A program made the position numbers and the translations under genes. DNA of 64,000 bases, from positions 128,001-192,000 of the IMG/VR virus record IMGVR_UViG_3300028886_000028; one strand, given 5' to 3'. Position 1 is the first letter of the stretch; each line of letters starts with the position of its first letter. Shown here piece by piece: positions 21,701-31,591 of this stretch. Source of the stretch: a virus. Its lineage: Duplodnaviria; Caudoviricetes. The notes below the pieces were generated by a model. The model did no database searches. It was not told the DNA's origin and saw only the letters and a list, made by a program, of their open reading frames with translations.

Positions 21701-21766
21701 ATAATGGAATTTAATTTATTCGAATTGAAATTTTCTAACGAATCAATAGTAGAAAACGAGTCATGA
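18722..21766 (+). CDS. Large acidic putative structural protein (1014 aa)
   Basis: Overlapping-start operon organisation; function from context only. Confidence 0.5.
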   Translation: MLKYSIKPNKNIELKDFPIREIFVSPDLTYISGVTDINNGLVNGEKILIRSPYLIGNEINTINVETVKRQGRVNITIKLPIKKITLPLNFQIYSDDNGDSYILAFNKKTIVNDISGDTVVSSITQNYVEYKGDICYFFHGTPSGYLIDHKFYEANDSDEYIELETYTYIENGKMQIGDYTYYADYSKIDSETPPELKLGKNHEPIKKEDLIGLIDGCECYMGDVLDYEPIKWERVDKFYIQKVKNPTFNVDDVLYGGYKHYVTYNDENYYFRDVYQYDKELGEDVYMGYGTVINDMFREALSNYGSNLYKTYHDEPFIGSYLYIGEYEEYLEVHDSLISPINGGRFVILIGADGGSDVSPGNFIIAESNSPISIKRYVEEDSDVVEKNKYIVFGGKKYLVEAHLCDTVNISDEDYVLTYLNEELSSASTVINGETMYFDIDDNKAVLSNKIYYKSSSEEEEIIKVKYGIKEEGYEITESSGVTIGDRKYPVVTESGYTNDGEEITFDTVTLNENIKITLEVTDKNGISTYLAYPVTDDDFIDETSNILLQREYSDVIVSNWKSFNFTLRKDTFGKRPLTVENGLMDSMSSMFPYSISDAYLLENKIELLRMQDYLSFNFPLLNKIGTDIRREDIIKNDFVDYIKKESINTIVDMEKDVYYPVWINNGKYSPIQQIRFNLHFRTRNFDTWKTYEDDREFKGVETPNHLKSNWFVTDLSYYNDMVNQAESAEERRVILSKLHDSSDLLGLMNFTMDEIKNQATKIGKSFLRLSFYSTNDPKTQVLLATSTIFLDESFLYKKYINSKRNSDLTFADVKVMQQSGYETFASYAADAAIGRSDFQVSSNTITDASEVYMDKFFNDDTRLSSRLVVNDKYNTDTSSEGYYIYMFKEYAKKMRESTIYMKVDFNHAGIGQTMSFMLPRTILDNDVDGIGSPLYLYNDNDVKILKNGFNLTDIYKQTHIPIRIIYDEETNKYVYYLPNELRENSRLGIDNEIMEFNLFELKFSNESIVENES

Positions 21767-24700
21767 AAGTAATTAGCAAAAAAATAGCATTGAATACTTT
21801 TCCGTCTAAACTTCCAGGAGTTGTATCATCAATAATGAATTCTTGGATTATACCACCTTTATATAATTGCGGAAAAATTGATGGTAGTGGTGAAACATTT
21901 TTCAGTTATGATTCAGCAGTTAAAAGGGCTTCTGAATATAATATAAACCCATCACAACTTGTGCATAAATCTCAATTTATTCAGTTTGATAAAAACAATC
22001 TTATAGAGTTTAAAGTGGGAAATTACGGACTTATACCAAGTGACGTTATAATACCAATTGATATAGCAGAAAATGTTACTGATTATACTGACTTTTACGT
22101 AAATTTGCCAGTAACAGATGATTTTTTAGAAACGTTGGATGATGAAGAAAAAAAATTGTACAATGAATTTTTTGATTTAACTTGGCCAATTAATAAAGAA
22201 AGAGACCCTCATTATGAAGGAAGAAATATAATAAGTGGAGATACAGAAATAAAGATACTTACTTACAGTACTCTTAATAAATGGTATTCTTTTTTCAAAA
22301 AATATTACAATTTAATACATAACCCTAGCAGCGCAAGGATTTATGAAACTGCGATTGATTATTATAATAAAGAAGTGTCGGTTAAAAACGAAGAATTATT
22401 AAATTATTATCAATCGCTTGATGACACGTTTGTCTCTCGTGGAGGCAAAGACATGTATAATTGGATTTCAAATAATTGTATTATACAATATCAAATACCT
22501 GAAAAATTTGTAGACGGATGGAATACTACTTATTTATATTATCCGGATGCTATTAAATGGTATCATTGGTTTAAAGAAAGAAGTGAAAATTACGAAAATG
22601 TTAGTATATTAGAAGATTGTGCAATAGTTGATTTAAAAGATGGCAATTGTTGCGATTGTACTGAATTTGTTAAACTAGGAGGTCATGAATTTTATGAAGG
22701 CTTGAAAGAATGGGTTGATAACGTTGAGATAGACAACAGCTCGTTCACAAATGCCGCTTCAATTACTATACCTATTAGTATTTCAACTTCTATTGATGAT
22801 TTAGGGGAAATGACTATTTTTTCTAATAAATGGAAAGATGAAGAAGATTACCACAATACTTTAAACGACAATGGTTTTGGGACAGTAGTTGATAGGCCAC
22901 ATATTAAATATTGTAAATGCAATGAGTGTGGATATAGTGCATCTGAAAATGAGTTTGAAAATGGTTGCCCTAAATGTGGAAGCAATAGTTTTACTCCTTT
23001 TGATGCAACGTTATATGATGTTTATATGATTAAACCTGGCGAAGAAAGAAAAGGATATGAATATAACAGATATTATGAAAATGCTTTCAAATGGAATGAA
23101 AATGATGAAAGCGAATGCATAGATGGCGTGTTTAAAAATGAAGATAATGAAACTGATTGGGTGAATTACACAGATTATTATATGTGTACTCATCCGGAAG
23201 AATTTATAACTCAAAATGAAAATTCTGAACAAGTTACAGCCTTTACTTATTCTCCCATCAATGGCAAAGTTATATATAATCCAACAGATGACGATTTAAT
23301 TAAAGATATAAAAATTAATGAAATTCCTAACGTTTGTATAAACGGTATAACATATAACGTAATTGATGGAAAATATGTTGAACTTTGTTATCCAGAATCA
23401 ATTACAGCAAATATAAAATATAGGAAAAACATTAAATTACAAATATTCAAAGATGGAGATATTGAATATACAGTTTTAAATGGAAAAAGAAAATATGTTG
23501 AAACTGACCCAGAAGACCCATCAAAAGAAATGATTTATTTCTTTAAAGAGTCAAATTGCAAAGACGAAGGATGCAAAGTTGATGAGGGAAAATATGTAAT
23601 ATACGATAATTATTTGTATTTAGTTGACGATAATAAAATTACAATAGAAGAAGATGAAACAAAAAAAATATATCCAGTTTTAGATGGATATTTTGATATA
23701 GGCGGTAGTAGATTTTATATTTCTGGTGATAGTATAGTAGTTCAAGATAAATGCGAGTACGAATCTGAAACTTACACTTTTAAGTTTAAAGAAATTAGCG
23801 AAGAAGAACTTGTACTATTTGGCGTAACAAGAATTATTATTAGTGACGATAAAACAAACGTAAAATTATATTATGACTATACTATAATCCCATTCGATGT
23901 GGTTAGTGGATATACTGATTCTAAGTTGAGCATATTAAGAAGAAAAGAAATAACTACTGATGATTTAGGTAATGAATTGCCTGGATATTTTAAATCTATT
24001 GTAGATATTACAAAAGGAGAAGGTCAATCAAAATATAATTTACCGTATGACGAATGTACGTTAGATATTCTATACAAAGTTGGCGAAGTATCAGGCTTAA
24101 AACAGATTGATTATGAAGAAAATAAATTTATAGGCAATATTATTACGGATATAAAGTTTTATTATGCAGATGATAATAGAACGCCAATTGAAGAAACAGT
24201 AAAACACGCTTTAGAAGACGATGCACTGAAAGCAATAGAAGATTGTGAAAATGCGTTTATTGAATTGGATGATGATACGATACCAGATATAATGTATTGC
24301 GACATTACTTATTACATTGGATGCGTCATAAATAAGCAAAATGACGAAAATAGTGGAGGAAAATATACATTAAATGAAACATTACATAAAGGAGTGAAAT
24401 ATGTAGATACAGTATATGTCTCAAAAAAAGTGGGTACATATTATTTAAATGATGATAAATATTTTACGTTTAAATATTATTTACTATCGCAAGGAATAAA
24501 TACAATTTCTATTACAGACTTTAATACTAATACAGTATGGGATGCTTCTACATATTTTGAATTTGAACCTATGATATATACTAAAGAAGGATTATATCAT
24601 GAAGAAGAATTTAATGGGTTTGAAAAAAATAATGGAATAGTATCTTCTCCATTAATAAGAACAGAATTTAATTTATCTTCATCCATGCCCCAAAATGTTG

Positions 24701-24828
24701 ATGCTGATATTTATATAGATAGAGGAATAAATGCTGCATTTGAAAAACTTTTAAAATTACAAGAGTTTAGAACAATGGAAGCACTTGAAAACTATGGAAA
24801 TGGTTGGTTTAAAATAAACAAATATTAA
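21763..24828 (+). CDS. Large putative structural protein (1021 aa) with an internal zinc ribbon
   Basis: C-terminal IYIDRGINAAFEK..KLQE..LENYGNGWF; internal CNECG...CPKCGS. Confidence 0.55.
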   Translation: MKVISKKIALNTFPSKLPGVVSSIMNSWIIPPLYNCGKIDGSGETFFSYDSAVKRASEYNINPSQLVHKSQFIQFDKNNLIEFKVGNYGLIPSDVIIPIDIAENVTDYTDFYVNLPVTDDFLETLDDEEKKLYNEFFDLTWPINKERDPHYEGRNIISGDTEIKILTYSTLNKWYSFFKKYYNLIHNPSSARIYETAIDYYNKEVSVKNEELLNYYQSLDDTFVSRGGKDMYNWISNNCIIQYQIPEKFVDGWNTTYLYYPDAIKWYHWFKERSENYENVSILEDCAIVDLKDGNCCDCTEFVKLGGHEFYEGLKEWVDNVEIDNSSFTNAASITIPISISTSIDDLGEMTIFSNKWKDEEDYHNTLNDNGFGTVVDRPHIKYCKCNECGYSASENEFENGCPKCGSNSFTPFDATLYDVYMIKPGEERKGYEYNRYYENAFKWNENDESECIDGVFKNEDNETDWVNYTDYYMCTHPEEFITQNENSEQVTAFTYSPINGKVIYNPTDDDLIKDIKINEIPNVCINGITYNVIDGKYVELCYPESITANIKYRKNIKLQIFKDGDIEYTVLNGKRKYVETDPEDPSKEMIYFFKESNCKDEGCKVDEGKYVIYDNYLYLVDDNKITIEEDETKKIYPVLDGYFDIGGSRFYISGDSIVVQDKCEYESETYTFKFKEISEEELVLFGVTRIIISDDKTNVKLYYDYTIIPFDVVSGYTDSKLSILRRKEITTDDLGNELPGYFKSIVDITKGEGQSKYNLPYDECTLDILYKVGEVSGLKQIDYEENKFIGNIITDIKFYYADDNRTPIEETVKHALEDDALKAIEDCENAFIELDDDTIPDIMYCDITYYIGCVINKQNDENSGGKYTLNETLHKGVKYVDTVYVSKKVGTYYLNDDKYFTFKYYLLSQGINTISITDFNTNTVWDASTYFEFEPMIYTKEGLYHEEEFNGFEKNNGIVSSPLIRTEFNLSSSMPQNVDADIYIDRGINAAFEKLLKLQEFRTMEALENYGNGWFKINKY

Positions 24829-24843
24829 TAAAAATATAGTAAA

Positions 24844-25752
24844 ATGAGTTCAGGAGTTTACGGAACAACAATACCGGCAAGAATTACAAGCGATGATATT
24901 GATATATTTTATGCTTATCATGAAACAAGGAATAGTGATAGCATAGAAAATTCAGTTTTTACAAAGTTACCATCATCTATTTTAAGCGATGTTGTTTACG
25001 ACGGGGAGACTGGGGCAACTGATAATATACTTGAAGGTTTGTATAATTTAAAGTTACCTTTGCAATATTTTAATAGAAAAGGTTTTTATACTGTTTATAT
25101 TAAACCTAAAGAGATACCAGCTGTTATAGCAGATGTTAGTACTCTTACGGCCTTTCCTAATATTAGAGGTATTGTTTTAGATAGCACAGCAAATGATATA
25201 GATAATTCATTGAAAAATAAAATCCAAACTAATAATGCATTAGTTGGCTATAGAGTTATATATCTTACCGATAATGGCGATAGAGAAGATTATTTTAGGT
25301 TAATAACAAGTAATAATAAGTGTGAACCAATTATTCAAACTTCTAATGATTCTAGCAATAAATCATACACTTACAGATATAATGAGAGTTCTACTTTATC
25401 GTTTTTAACTCTTACGCCATCGTCAGCCCCTAGTTTTAAGGCTAATTCATCGCCATTTATAGGAAAGCCAACACAAAGAATAATATTAGTCAATACACTT
25501 TTCGAACCAGTTATGCTTGATATAGAAATGACGGAGCATGATTTGGAAACAATGGCTTATATGCTTGAAGGCTCTCAATTAAGAGATTTGGATAATGGAT
25601 TGGTTACTACTTACGACGAAAATAACCAAATTTATCATCAGTCAGAACATTATACAGTTAAAGATGCAACAACAGGTAAACCAGTATTTGAAGTAAAAAG
25701 AAATAAGAACACTTCAATTGATTTTTCACAAACGCTAGAGGATAAACTTTAA
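24844..25752 (+). CDS. Putative baseplate/tail protein (302 aa)
   Basis: In structural operon; GLYNLKLP..YF..KGFYTVYIKP; context only. Confidence 0.5.
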   Translation: MSSGVYGTTIPARITSDDIDIFYAYHETRNSDSIENSVFTKLPSSILSDVVYDGETGATDNILEGLYNLKLPLQYFNRKGFYTVYIKPKEIPAVIADVSTLTAFPNIRGIVLDSTANDIDNSLKNKIQTNNALVGYRVIYLTDNGDREDYFRLITSNNKCEPIIQTSNDSSNKSYTYRYNESSTLSFLTLTPSSAPSFKANSSPFIGKPTQRIILVNTLFEPVMLDIEMTEHDLETMAYMLEGSQLRDLDNGLVTTYDENNQIYHQSEHYTVKDATTGKPVFEVKRNKNTSIDFSQTLEDKL

Positions 25753-25757
25753 TAGAA

Positions 25758-28700
25758 ATGGCAAAAAAATATATAAAATCACATAGCAATTATGTTTTAA
25801 AAACAAAACATCAACAAACTAATGATGGTATTATTTATGAAAGAGATATTACCACCATTGGAGGGCGTGACCAATTTGCAAAGGGCCAAGTACCAATTTA
25901 TCGTACTGGTAATTTTGTCATTACCACAAATAACGATTCAAACACATATAAAAAGGTTACTGAAAGAGATTGGCATAGGAGTGATGAAGGAGAAATATGG
26001 ACAATTAATACTCTTAAAGGATTTGAAAAAGATGAAAAATCCTCTTATGATAAAAAAATTGTAATTAAAAAAGATTATTTAGACCTTCGTGATTATGCTT
26101 ATTATGGTTCATGCTCTGAATTAATGAGAGTTTCTATTGAGGATATACTTAAAAATTATCCTGGAGAATTATTTATTCCTTATGAAACAATATATACAGG
26201 CACAACCACTGTAGATGAACAAAGCATCACCGGAGTTCAATATACAGAAGAAGCAGCTGAAGCTGCATTTGATAGTTACGCTTCAGTAAATACAGGTATT
26301 AAAGGATATTATACATCTTTAGAAGAAAGAAAATCACGTGTTGTTACAGATAGCTGTGGCAATGACATGATTATTAATTCAGTTTCTCTTATTGACCCTC
26401 TTACCGATGAAGAAAAGGAAGAATTAAAACAAGGAATACCTTATACAAGAGAATTTAAATACATTACAGATAAAAATGGTAATATAGTAGAAGAAAAAAG
26501 TCTTTCTTTGATTGATAATCCATTTGAAATAAATATACACGATAGGTCTATTCAAGATAAAGATAATCCATTGAAGTATTTTGCAAATGGAGGCATAGAT
26601 AATTATGTTGGATACCTTAAACTAGATGAAAACGACGAAATAAGCATTGATGGAGAATGGAAAATGGATTCTAAACATGAATATGCCATTTCCATAGAAG
26701 ATATTACTCTAGATGGATTAGGAGAACAAACCCAAGATACTGAAATATTTGATTACGAAGATTTAAGGCCAACAATTCAATGTAATGATGGAAGCTATAT
26801 TGTATCTGATGGCAAAATTCATATTTATGCATCTAGGAGCAAAAAAACAACAAACTCTTGCCTTCAAACTTGTATAGACCCTGGTAAATATATAGGAAAA
26901 GTTAAGTTATGCTTTAGAAAAATAGATTATTCATTTAAAACAACACCAGGACTTAAAAGAGACGATGATGGCAATCCAATGGAAATGTGCTGCAATGGTT
27001 CATTAAGTTTTCCTCCTGGAGGTGGAGAAGGAAAATTCCCATCATATAATGGAGGATTTGACACTCAAATTGATTCATATAGTACATCAGAGTGCAAATA
27101 TGAATTAACTATATATATGTTCATGGGAAATAATAACGAGATTAAATATCTTGTTGAAAATGCTGATTCTAATGGAGAATTTAAATGGGAAAATTTCGTA
27201 GCAAGAATAAGGCCAAACAAAAAAGTTATAAATGAATATTTCGATAAACTTGATTTATTCGAAAAAGTACTGTTAAATAGAGACACAGACCCTATATATA
27301 CAGCAAATTTTGAACTCATCAATGATGATGATTATGGCGCATATACATATACAAAACAATTTACATTCCCAACAACATATGGCGGATGGAATTTAGGGTC
27401 TAATAATCAAGCATTTGCCGAATATGTTTCTAGTTTATCAGATATTGGAGAATATTATGATAGTAAATTTACTGATAATTTATGGCGTTCTATGACGCAT
27501 GAATCAATAAAGAATTTTGATTGGACATATACAAGACATTATACGCCAGGAGAAGAAGAACCATTTATTGAAGGCGGAAACAAAATCAAAAAAACTATTA
27601 GAATTTACGGCAGAGAATTTGATGAAGTTAAGTCATATATTGATGCTATTGACGATTTAAATACAGTTACATACGATAATATAAATAATATTCCTGATTA
27701 TTTCTTTACAGATAAACTTGAAGAAAGCGGTTGGGATGTAACTTTAGTATACCCTCTAGAATTATCAGAATTTGTTAATGGGCATGATAACGTTCCTATT
27801 GATATACACCAGTTATTCGAAAATAAATATGATGAAGATGGTAATGAAATTACTACAGAAGATGCAGAAAAATTAAATTATTTCTATGATACAAAGGATG
27901 AAAACAAAAATAAAATAACAATACAAAGAGTTTTTAATCAAAAAAATACACACGTATTCCCTTATTCTATTTCTAATATTTCATCAGATGATACAGGAAA
28001 TACAGGCACTTACGAAAATGATTGCGGAGAAACCATAAAAATATATTCTGATGAAAATGATTATTCTTCTGCAAAGGTGAATAATGAATTCATAAAGAGA
28101 TTATATCTCAATAGTAAAGAAATATGGAAACATAAAGGAACTATTGAAGGAATAGAAATGCTGCTTTCTATTTTTGGCTTAAGGAGCAAAAGTAGAATTT
28201 ATACAGATGAAAAATATTTTGTAACAAAAAAAGATGAAGAAGGTGGTGACTGTCTGTCTTTAACGGAAAATGGAGAAAAATATTATAAAAATTATGAAGA
28301 TAAATTGTACAATCTTTATGATTATGATGTAAAAGAATATACTTTGTTTACCACGAGAGAAGAAGACGAATGGCTACCAACCAAAAACATGTATAAACTT
28401 GATTGGGTTAACTCTACAAAATTAGTTACTTATGCCAATGATAACGGTACTTATGAATCGTATAAAGGATTACCAGTTTCATATAGAGAAACTAAGGATT
28501 TAAACGAGAATAAAATAAGATATATATACCCACACTTCAATTCATATGTTGCATATGACGGAAATCCATATTATCAAATGGATGGAGGATGGATGCAGAA
28601 AAAACCATTTATGTTTGATAGCAAAAATAATATAGTTGTAGAAGATTCAGAAGCAGAAAATAGAAAAAATAAATCATTGTTTACTGAAACAATTAAAAAT

Positions 28701-30053
28701 ATTAAATGCGTAAACACTATTCAAGATTTGCTTTCAAATCCATCGTTAGCAGATAAAAGTGGAGATATATGCCAAGTAACAGATTTATCAGGAAGATTTG
28801 CAGTTATTGATGGTTTCGTATACCCACTGTTATCAGAAATAACAGAAAGCGAAGGAAGTGGAAATACATTCTTTTACGCAACAGTGCATAATAATTCGTT
28901 GTCAGTAGGAAATGCTTTGTTTACAGACTATGTTATAATCAGCAATCCTTATTTCCCTAATAATAAACAAAAAATTGATTTAACAAACGATTATTATTCA
29001 GACAGGGAAATTAAAATATATATACTTGAAAAAACTGATGAAGAAGAAAACGAAGAAACAGTAACAAATGAAAATGAAGAAGAACAAGAAACAGAAAAAA
29101 TAAAATATGATATTGATGTGTATTCTAAAAATATTTCAATAAGCACATTTACTGTTTTTGAAAATGGAAAATATATGGATGGCGATAATTATACCAACTA
29201 TTTCAGAATTAATAACGTAGATTTTTATAATGAATTAAGCGTTTTAGGCTGGCAACAACTGAAAGATGATGAATATGAATATTATAGAATGAATACATTA
29301 ACTGATTATAGAGAAGGTAATAATCCGCACACCGGCCATATGTCATATGATAATGGACATAAATATTTGACATATTTTCAAAGAATTTTTAAATATGTAA
29401 GCGATAATGATTTAATAGATTATAGGCAATATGACGAAAATGACCTAGAATATATTGATGATATGAACTCTTTCGGATTTAAAAACCTTATTGATGAAGA
29501 TGATTGTGAACCAGATTATGATAAATTCTTAAGAGAAGATAATAAATGCCACTTCTTTGGAACTATAATGTCTAAAATTAATGATGAATGCAATGATGAT
29601 AGAAAAGGCTTATCTTGTTTTGCTAAAAGAGAACTTGCAAATTCAGAAAAATATGAAAAAATAGATGATAAATGCGTAGAAAAACCAGACTCATATAAGA
29701 TTAGTGACATATTTAGAAAAAATGTAATATTAGACAATGAAGGAACTCCAAAAATTGAAAACCTTAAATATGGCGAAATATACAGCGGTTTAGGAGAGTC
29801 TATAGAAGAAGAGGTAAGCAAAGATAAAATAGATAACATTACAGACCAAATCGTTAATACAAAAAGAATGGAAATAGAATTTTTCATTCATAACGGTAAA
29901 GAATATTCAAAAGAATGGCTGGAAGAAGTTAAATATATTGATTCTGTAATATTGCCTTATTTAACTCAAATTATTCCTTCTTCAGTAATTTGGAGAGTTA
30001 AATACACAACAAGAGATAAAGAAGGTTGGAATAAACAAGAAAAAGAATGTTGA
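25758..30053 (+). CDS. Large putative baseplate wedge protein (1431 aa), P2 gpI/T4 gp7-like segment
   Basis: YAYYGSCSEL and IKRLYLNSKEIWKHKGTIEGIEMLLSIFGL (KGT motif of the tail protein I family). Confidence 0.6.
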   Translation: MAKKYIKSHSNYVLKTKHQQTNDGIIYERDITTIGGRDQFAKGQVPIYRTGNFVITTNNDSNTYKKVTERDWHRSDEGEIWTINTLKGFEKDEKSSYDKKIVIKKDYLDLRDYAYYGSCSELMRVSIEDILKNYPGELFIPYETIYTGTTTVDEQSITGVQYTEEAAEAAFDSYASVNTGIKGYYTSLEERKSRVVTDSCGNDMIINSVSLIDPLTDEEKEELKQGIPYTREFKYITDKNGNIVEEKSLSLIDNPFEINIHDRSIQDKDNPLKYFANGGIDNYVGYLKLDENDEISIDGEWKMDSKHEYAISIEDITLDGLGEQTQDTEIFDYEDLRPTIQCNDGSYIVSDGKIHIYASRSKKTTNSCLQTCIDPGKYIGKVKLCFRKIDYSFKTTPGLKRDDDGNPMEMCCNGSLSFPPGGGEGKFPSYNGGFDTQIDSYSTSECKYELTIYMFMGNNNEIKYLVENADSNGEFKWENFVARIRPNKKVINEYFDKLDLFEKVLLNRDTDPIYTANFELINDDDYGAYTYTKQFTFPTTYGGWNLGSNNQAFAEYVSSLSDIGEYYDSKFTDNLWRSMTHESIKNFDWTYTRHYTPGEEEPFIEGGNKIKKTIRIYGREFDEVKSYIDAIDDLNTVTYDNINNIPDYFFTDKLEESGWDVTLVYPLELSEFVNGHDNVPIDIHQLFENKYDEDGNEITTEDAEKLNYFYDTKDENKNKITIQRVFNQKNTHVFPYSISNISSDDTGNTGTYENDCGETIKIYSDENDYSSAKVNNEFIKRLYLNSKEIWKHKGTIEGIEMLLSIFGLRSKSRIYTDEKYFVTKKDEEGGDCLSLTENGEKYYKNYEDKLYNLYDYDVKEYTLFTTREEDEWLPTKNMYKLDWVNSTKLVTYANDNGTYESYKGLPVSYRETKDLNENKIRYIYPHFNSYVAYDGNPYYQMDGGWMQKKPFMFDSKNNIVVEDSEAENRKNKSLFTETIKNIKCVNTIQDLLSNPSLADKSGDICQVTDLSGRFAVIDGFVYPLLSEITESEGSGNTFFYATVHNNSLSVGNALFTDYVIISNPYFPNNKQKIDLTNDYYSDREIKIYILEKTDEEENEETVTNENEEEQETEKIKYDIDVYSKNISISTFTVFENGKYMDGDNYTNYFRINNVDFYNELSVLGWQQLKDDEYEYYRMNTLTDYREGNNPHTGHMSYDNGHKYLTYFQRIFKYVSDNDLIDYRQYDENDLEYIDDMNSFGFKNLIDEDDCEPDYDKFLREDNKCHFFGTIMSKINDECNDDRKGLSCFAKRELANSEKYEKIDDKCVEKPDSYKISDIFRKNVILDNEGTPKIENLKYGEIYSGLGESIEEEVSKDKIDNITDQIVNTKRMEIEFFIHNGKEYSKEWLEEVKYIDSVILPYLTQIIPSSVIWRVKYTTRDKEGWNKQEKEC

Positions 30054-30059
30054 TTAAAC

Positions 30060-31007
30060 ATGGAAACACAAGGATGGAGAGCAATTATATACGATGCTCC
30101 TTGGGCATTTTTTAAATCAGGGCAAACAGGAGTATATGTTTCAGAAGATGGGAAAGCATGCGAAACAATGAATGATGATAAATCAAACATAATAGTTTTC
30201 GCAGACCCTAACATGGGATTTACGGGCAGAGAAAATGGGCATATACTTTTCAGACAAAAAGGAAGCGATTTGTTTGATATTGTATGCTTAAGCCAAGACG
30301 AAGGAGGAACTTATAGTCTTGAAGTTGATAATTTGGAAATAGATGGCTGCGTAGGAGAGCCTTATGAATCATTTATTAGAAGTTTAACAATTCATGAAAT
30401 AATAAATGGAGAAAAAAGGCTTGTAACTAAATATGAAGACAAAAAACAAATGGTTACAAGCCCAACCGCAAACGATGATATAAGTAAAAATAAATTCAAA
30501 AATGACACAGATAGTGACATACCAGTTACTATAACAGTATCACGAGGAAACGCTACAGCCACAGCAACATTAACAATAATGTCAAGTGATAGCCAATCAG
30601 AGCAATATACAGGTACTGATATAGAAGGCGTTGATAATATTACTATAACTAAAAATAAAGATGAAGTCTATACAATTAGCAAAGAATCGGGAAATTTAAA
30701 TGGAGATTGCGAAGGTGGAGAATTAGTTATTAAACTTACAGAAGAACCTGCACAATATTTAATAGATTTAAGCCCCGTACAAATAACAAATAATTATAAT
30801 GTAACAAAATGTGGGGAAATAATAAGCACTACATCTTATACAGATACTATGTCTTTTGAAGTGGAAAATAAAACCGGCGTTGAAGTAGTTGATAACACTT
30901 CCAATACAGTGACAATATCAGTAAAAAGCGGTATAAGTACAGTTAAAATTATAATTACAACTACAAAAGGAATAAAAAAAGAAAAAACATTAACAATACC
31001 TTCTTAA
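30060..31007 (+). CDS. Putative tail/adhesin protein with BACON-like N-terminal domain
   Basis: W..W...ADPN..GRENG.I.FRQ pattern; Thr/Cys-rich beta-sandwich character. Confidence 0.45.
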   Translation: METQGWRAIIYDAPWAFFKSGQTGVYVSEDGKACETMNDDKSNIIVFADPNMGFTGRENGHILFRQKGSDLFDIVCLSQDEGGTYSLEVDNLEIDGCVGEPYESFIRSLTIHEIINGEKRLVTKYEDKKQMVTSPTANDDISKNKFKNDTDSDIPVTITVSRGNATATATLTIMSSDSQSEQYTGTDIEGVDNITITKNKDEVYTISKESGNLNGDCEGGELVIKLTEEPAQYLIDLSPVQITNNYNVTKCGEIISTTSYTDTMSFEVENKTGVEVVDNTSNTVTISVKSGISTVKIIITTTKGIKKEKTLTIPS

Positions 31008-31010
31008 AAT

Positions 31011-31535
31011 ATGTATGAATTTAGCGCAATAGTTAAAAACGATTATACGATAGAAATTAAATCTAATACCTACTGGAATTGTAAAGCAGTTGGTAATTTC
31101 AAATTGTCACAATATGATGGAAGTGGAGATACACAAATAGATATTGTAATACCAGAAGATGTGATGATAGCAGAAGGAAATGTGTATTTTTCATATGGCG
31201 ATGAACGATGCGAGTACCCGGTTGTCAGCGTAATGCTATCAAATCTTTGCTATATAACAACAAATCCAAGCTATACAATTTGTGACACAGAAGATGATAA
31301 TGAGGAAAAAGTAATAACATTTTTCTATAAAGAGCCACGAGAAATATTTAATGCATCAATATTCTGCTTCGATGGATGGACAGTAGAAAGTGACGGATTG
31401 AAATATATAACAAATAATAATGATGTTATGATAATTTCAAATGAAGAAGATGGGGAAATTAGAATAATACCAAATAACGAATGCGAAGACACAGATAATG
31501 TAATACATATAAAACTTGTTAAAATGCAGTCCTAA
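31011..31535 (+). CDS. Putative BACON-like structural protein
   Basis: IEIKSNTYW...SQYDGSGDTQIDIV pattern resembles BACON. Confidence 0.45.
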   Translation: MYEFSAIVKNDYTIEIKSNTYWNCKAVGNFKLSQYDGSGDTQIDIVIPEDVMIAEGNVYFSYGDERCEYPVVSVMLSNLCYITTNPSYTICDTEDDNEEKVITFFYKEPREIFNASIFCFDGWTVESDGLKYITNNNDVMIISNEEDGEIRIIPNNECEDTDNVIHIKLVKMQS

Positions 31536-31570
31536 AACGGCTGCATTTTTTGTTGTCTTAGATATTTATA
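31521..31570 (+). repeat. Cassette 5' element (hairpin + GATATTTATA), copy 1; second copy at 46911-46958
   Basis: AATGCAGTC-n-GGCTGCATTTTTTGTTG(T/C)CTTAGATATTTATA shared with 46911-46958. Confidence 0.85.
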
Positions 31571-31591
31571 AAGAAAGATATTATAAAAATT

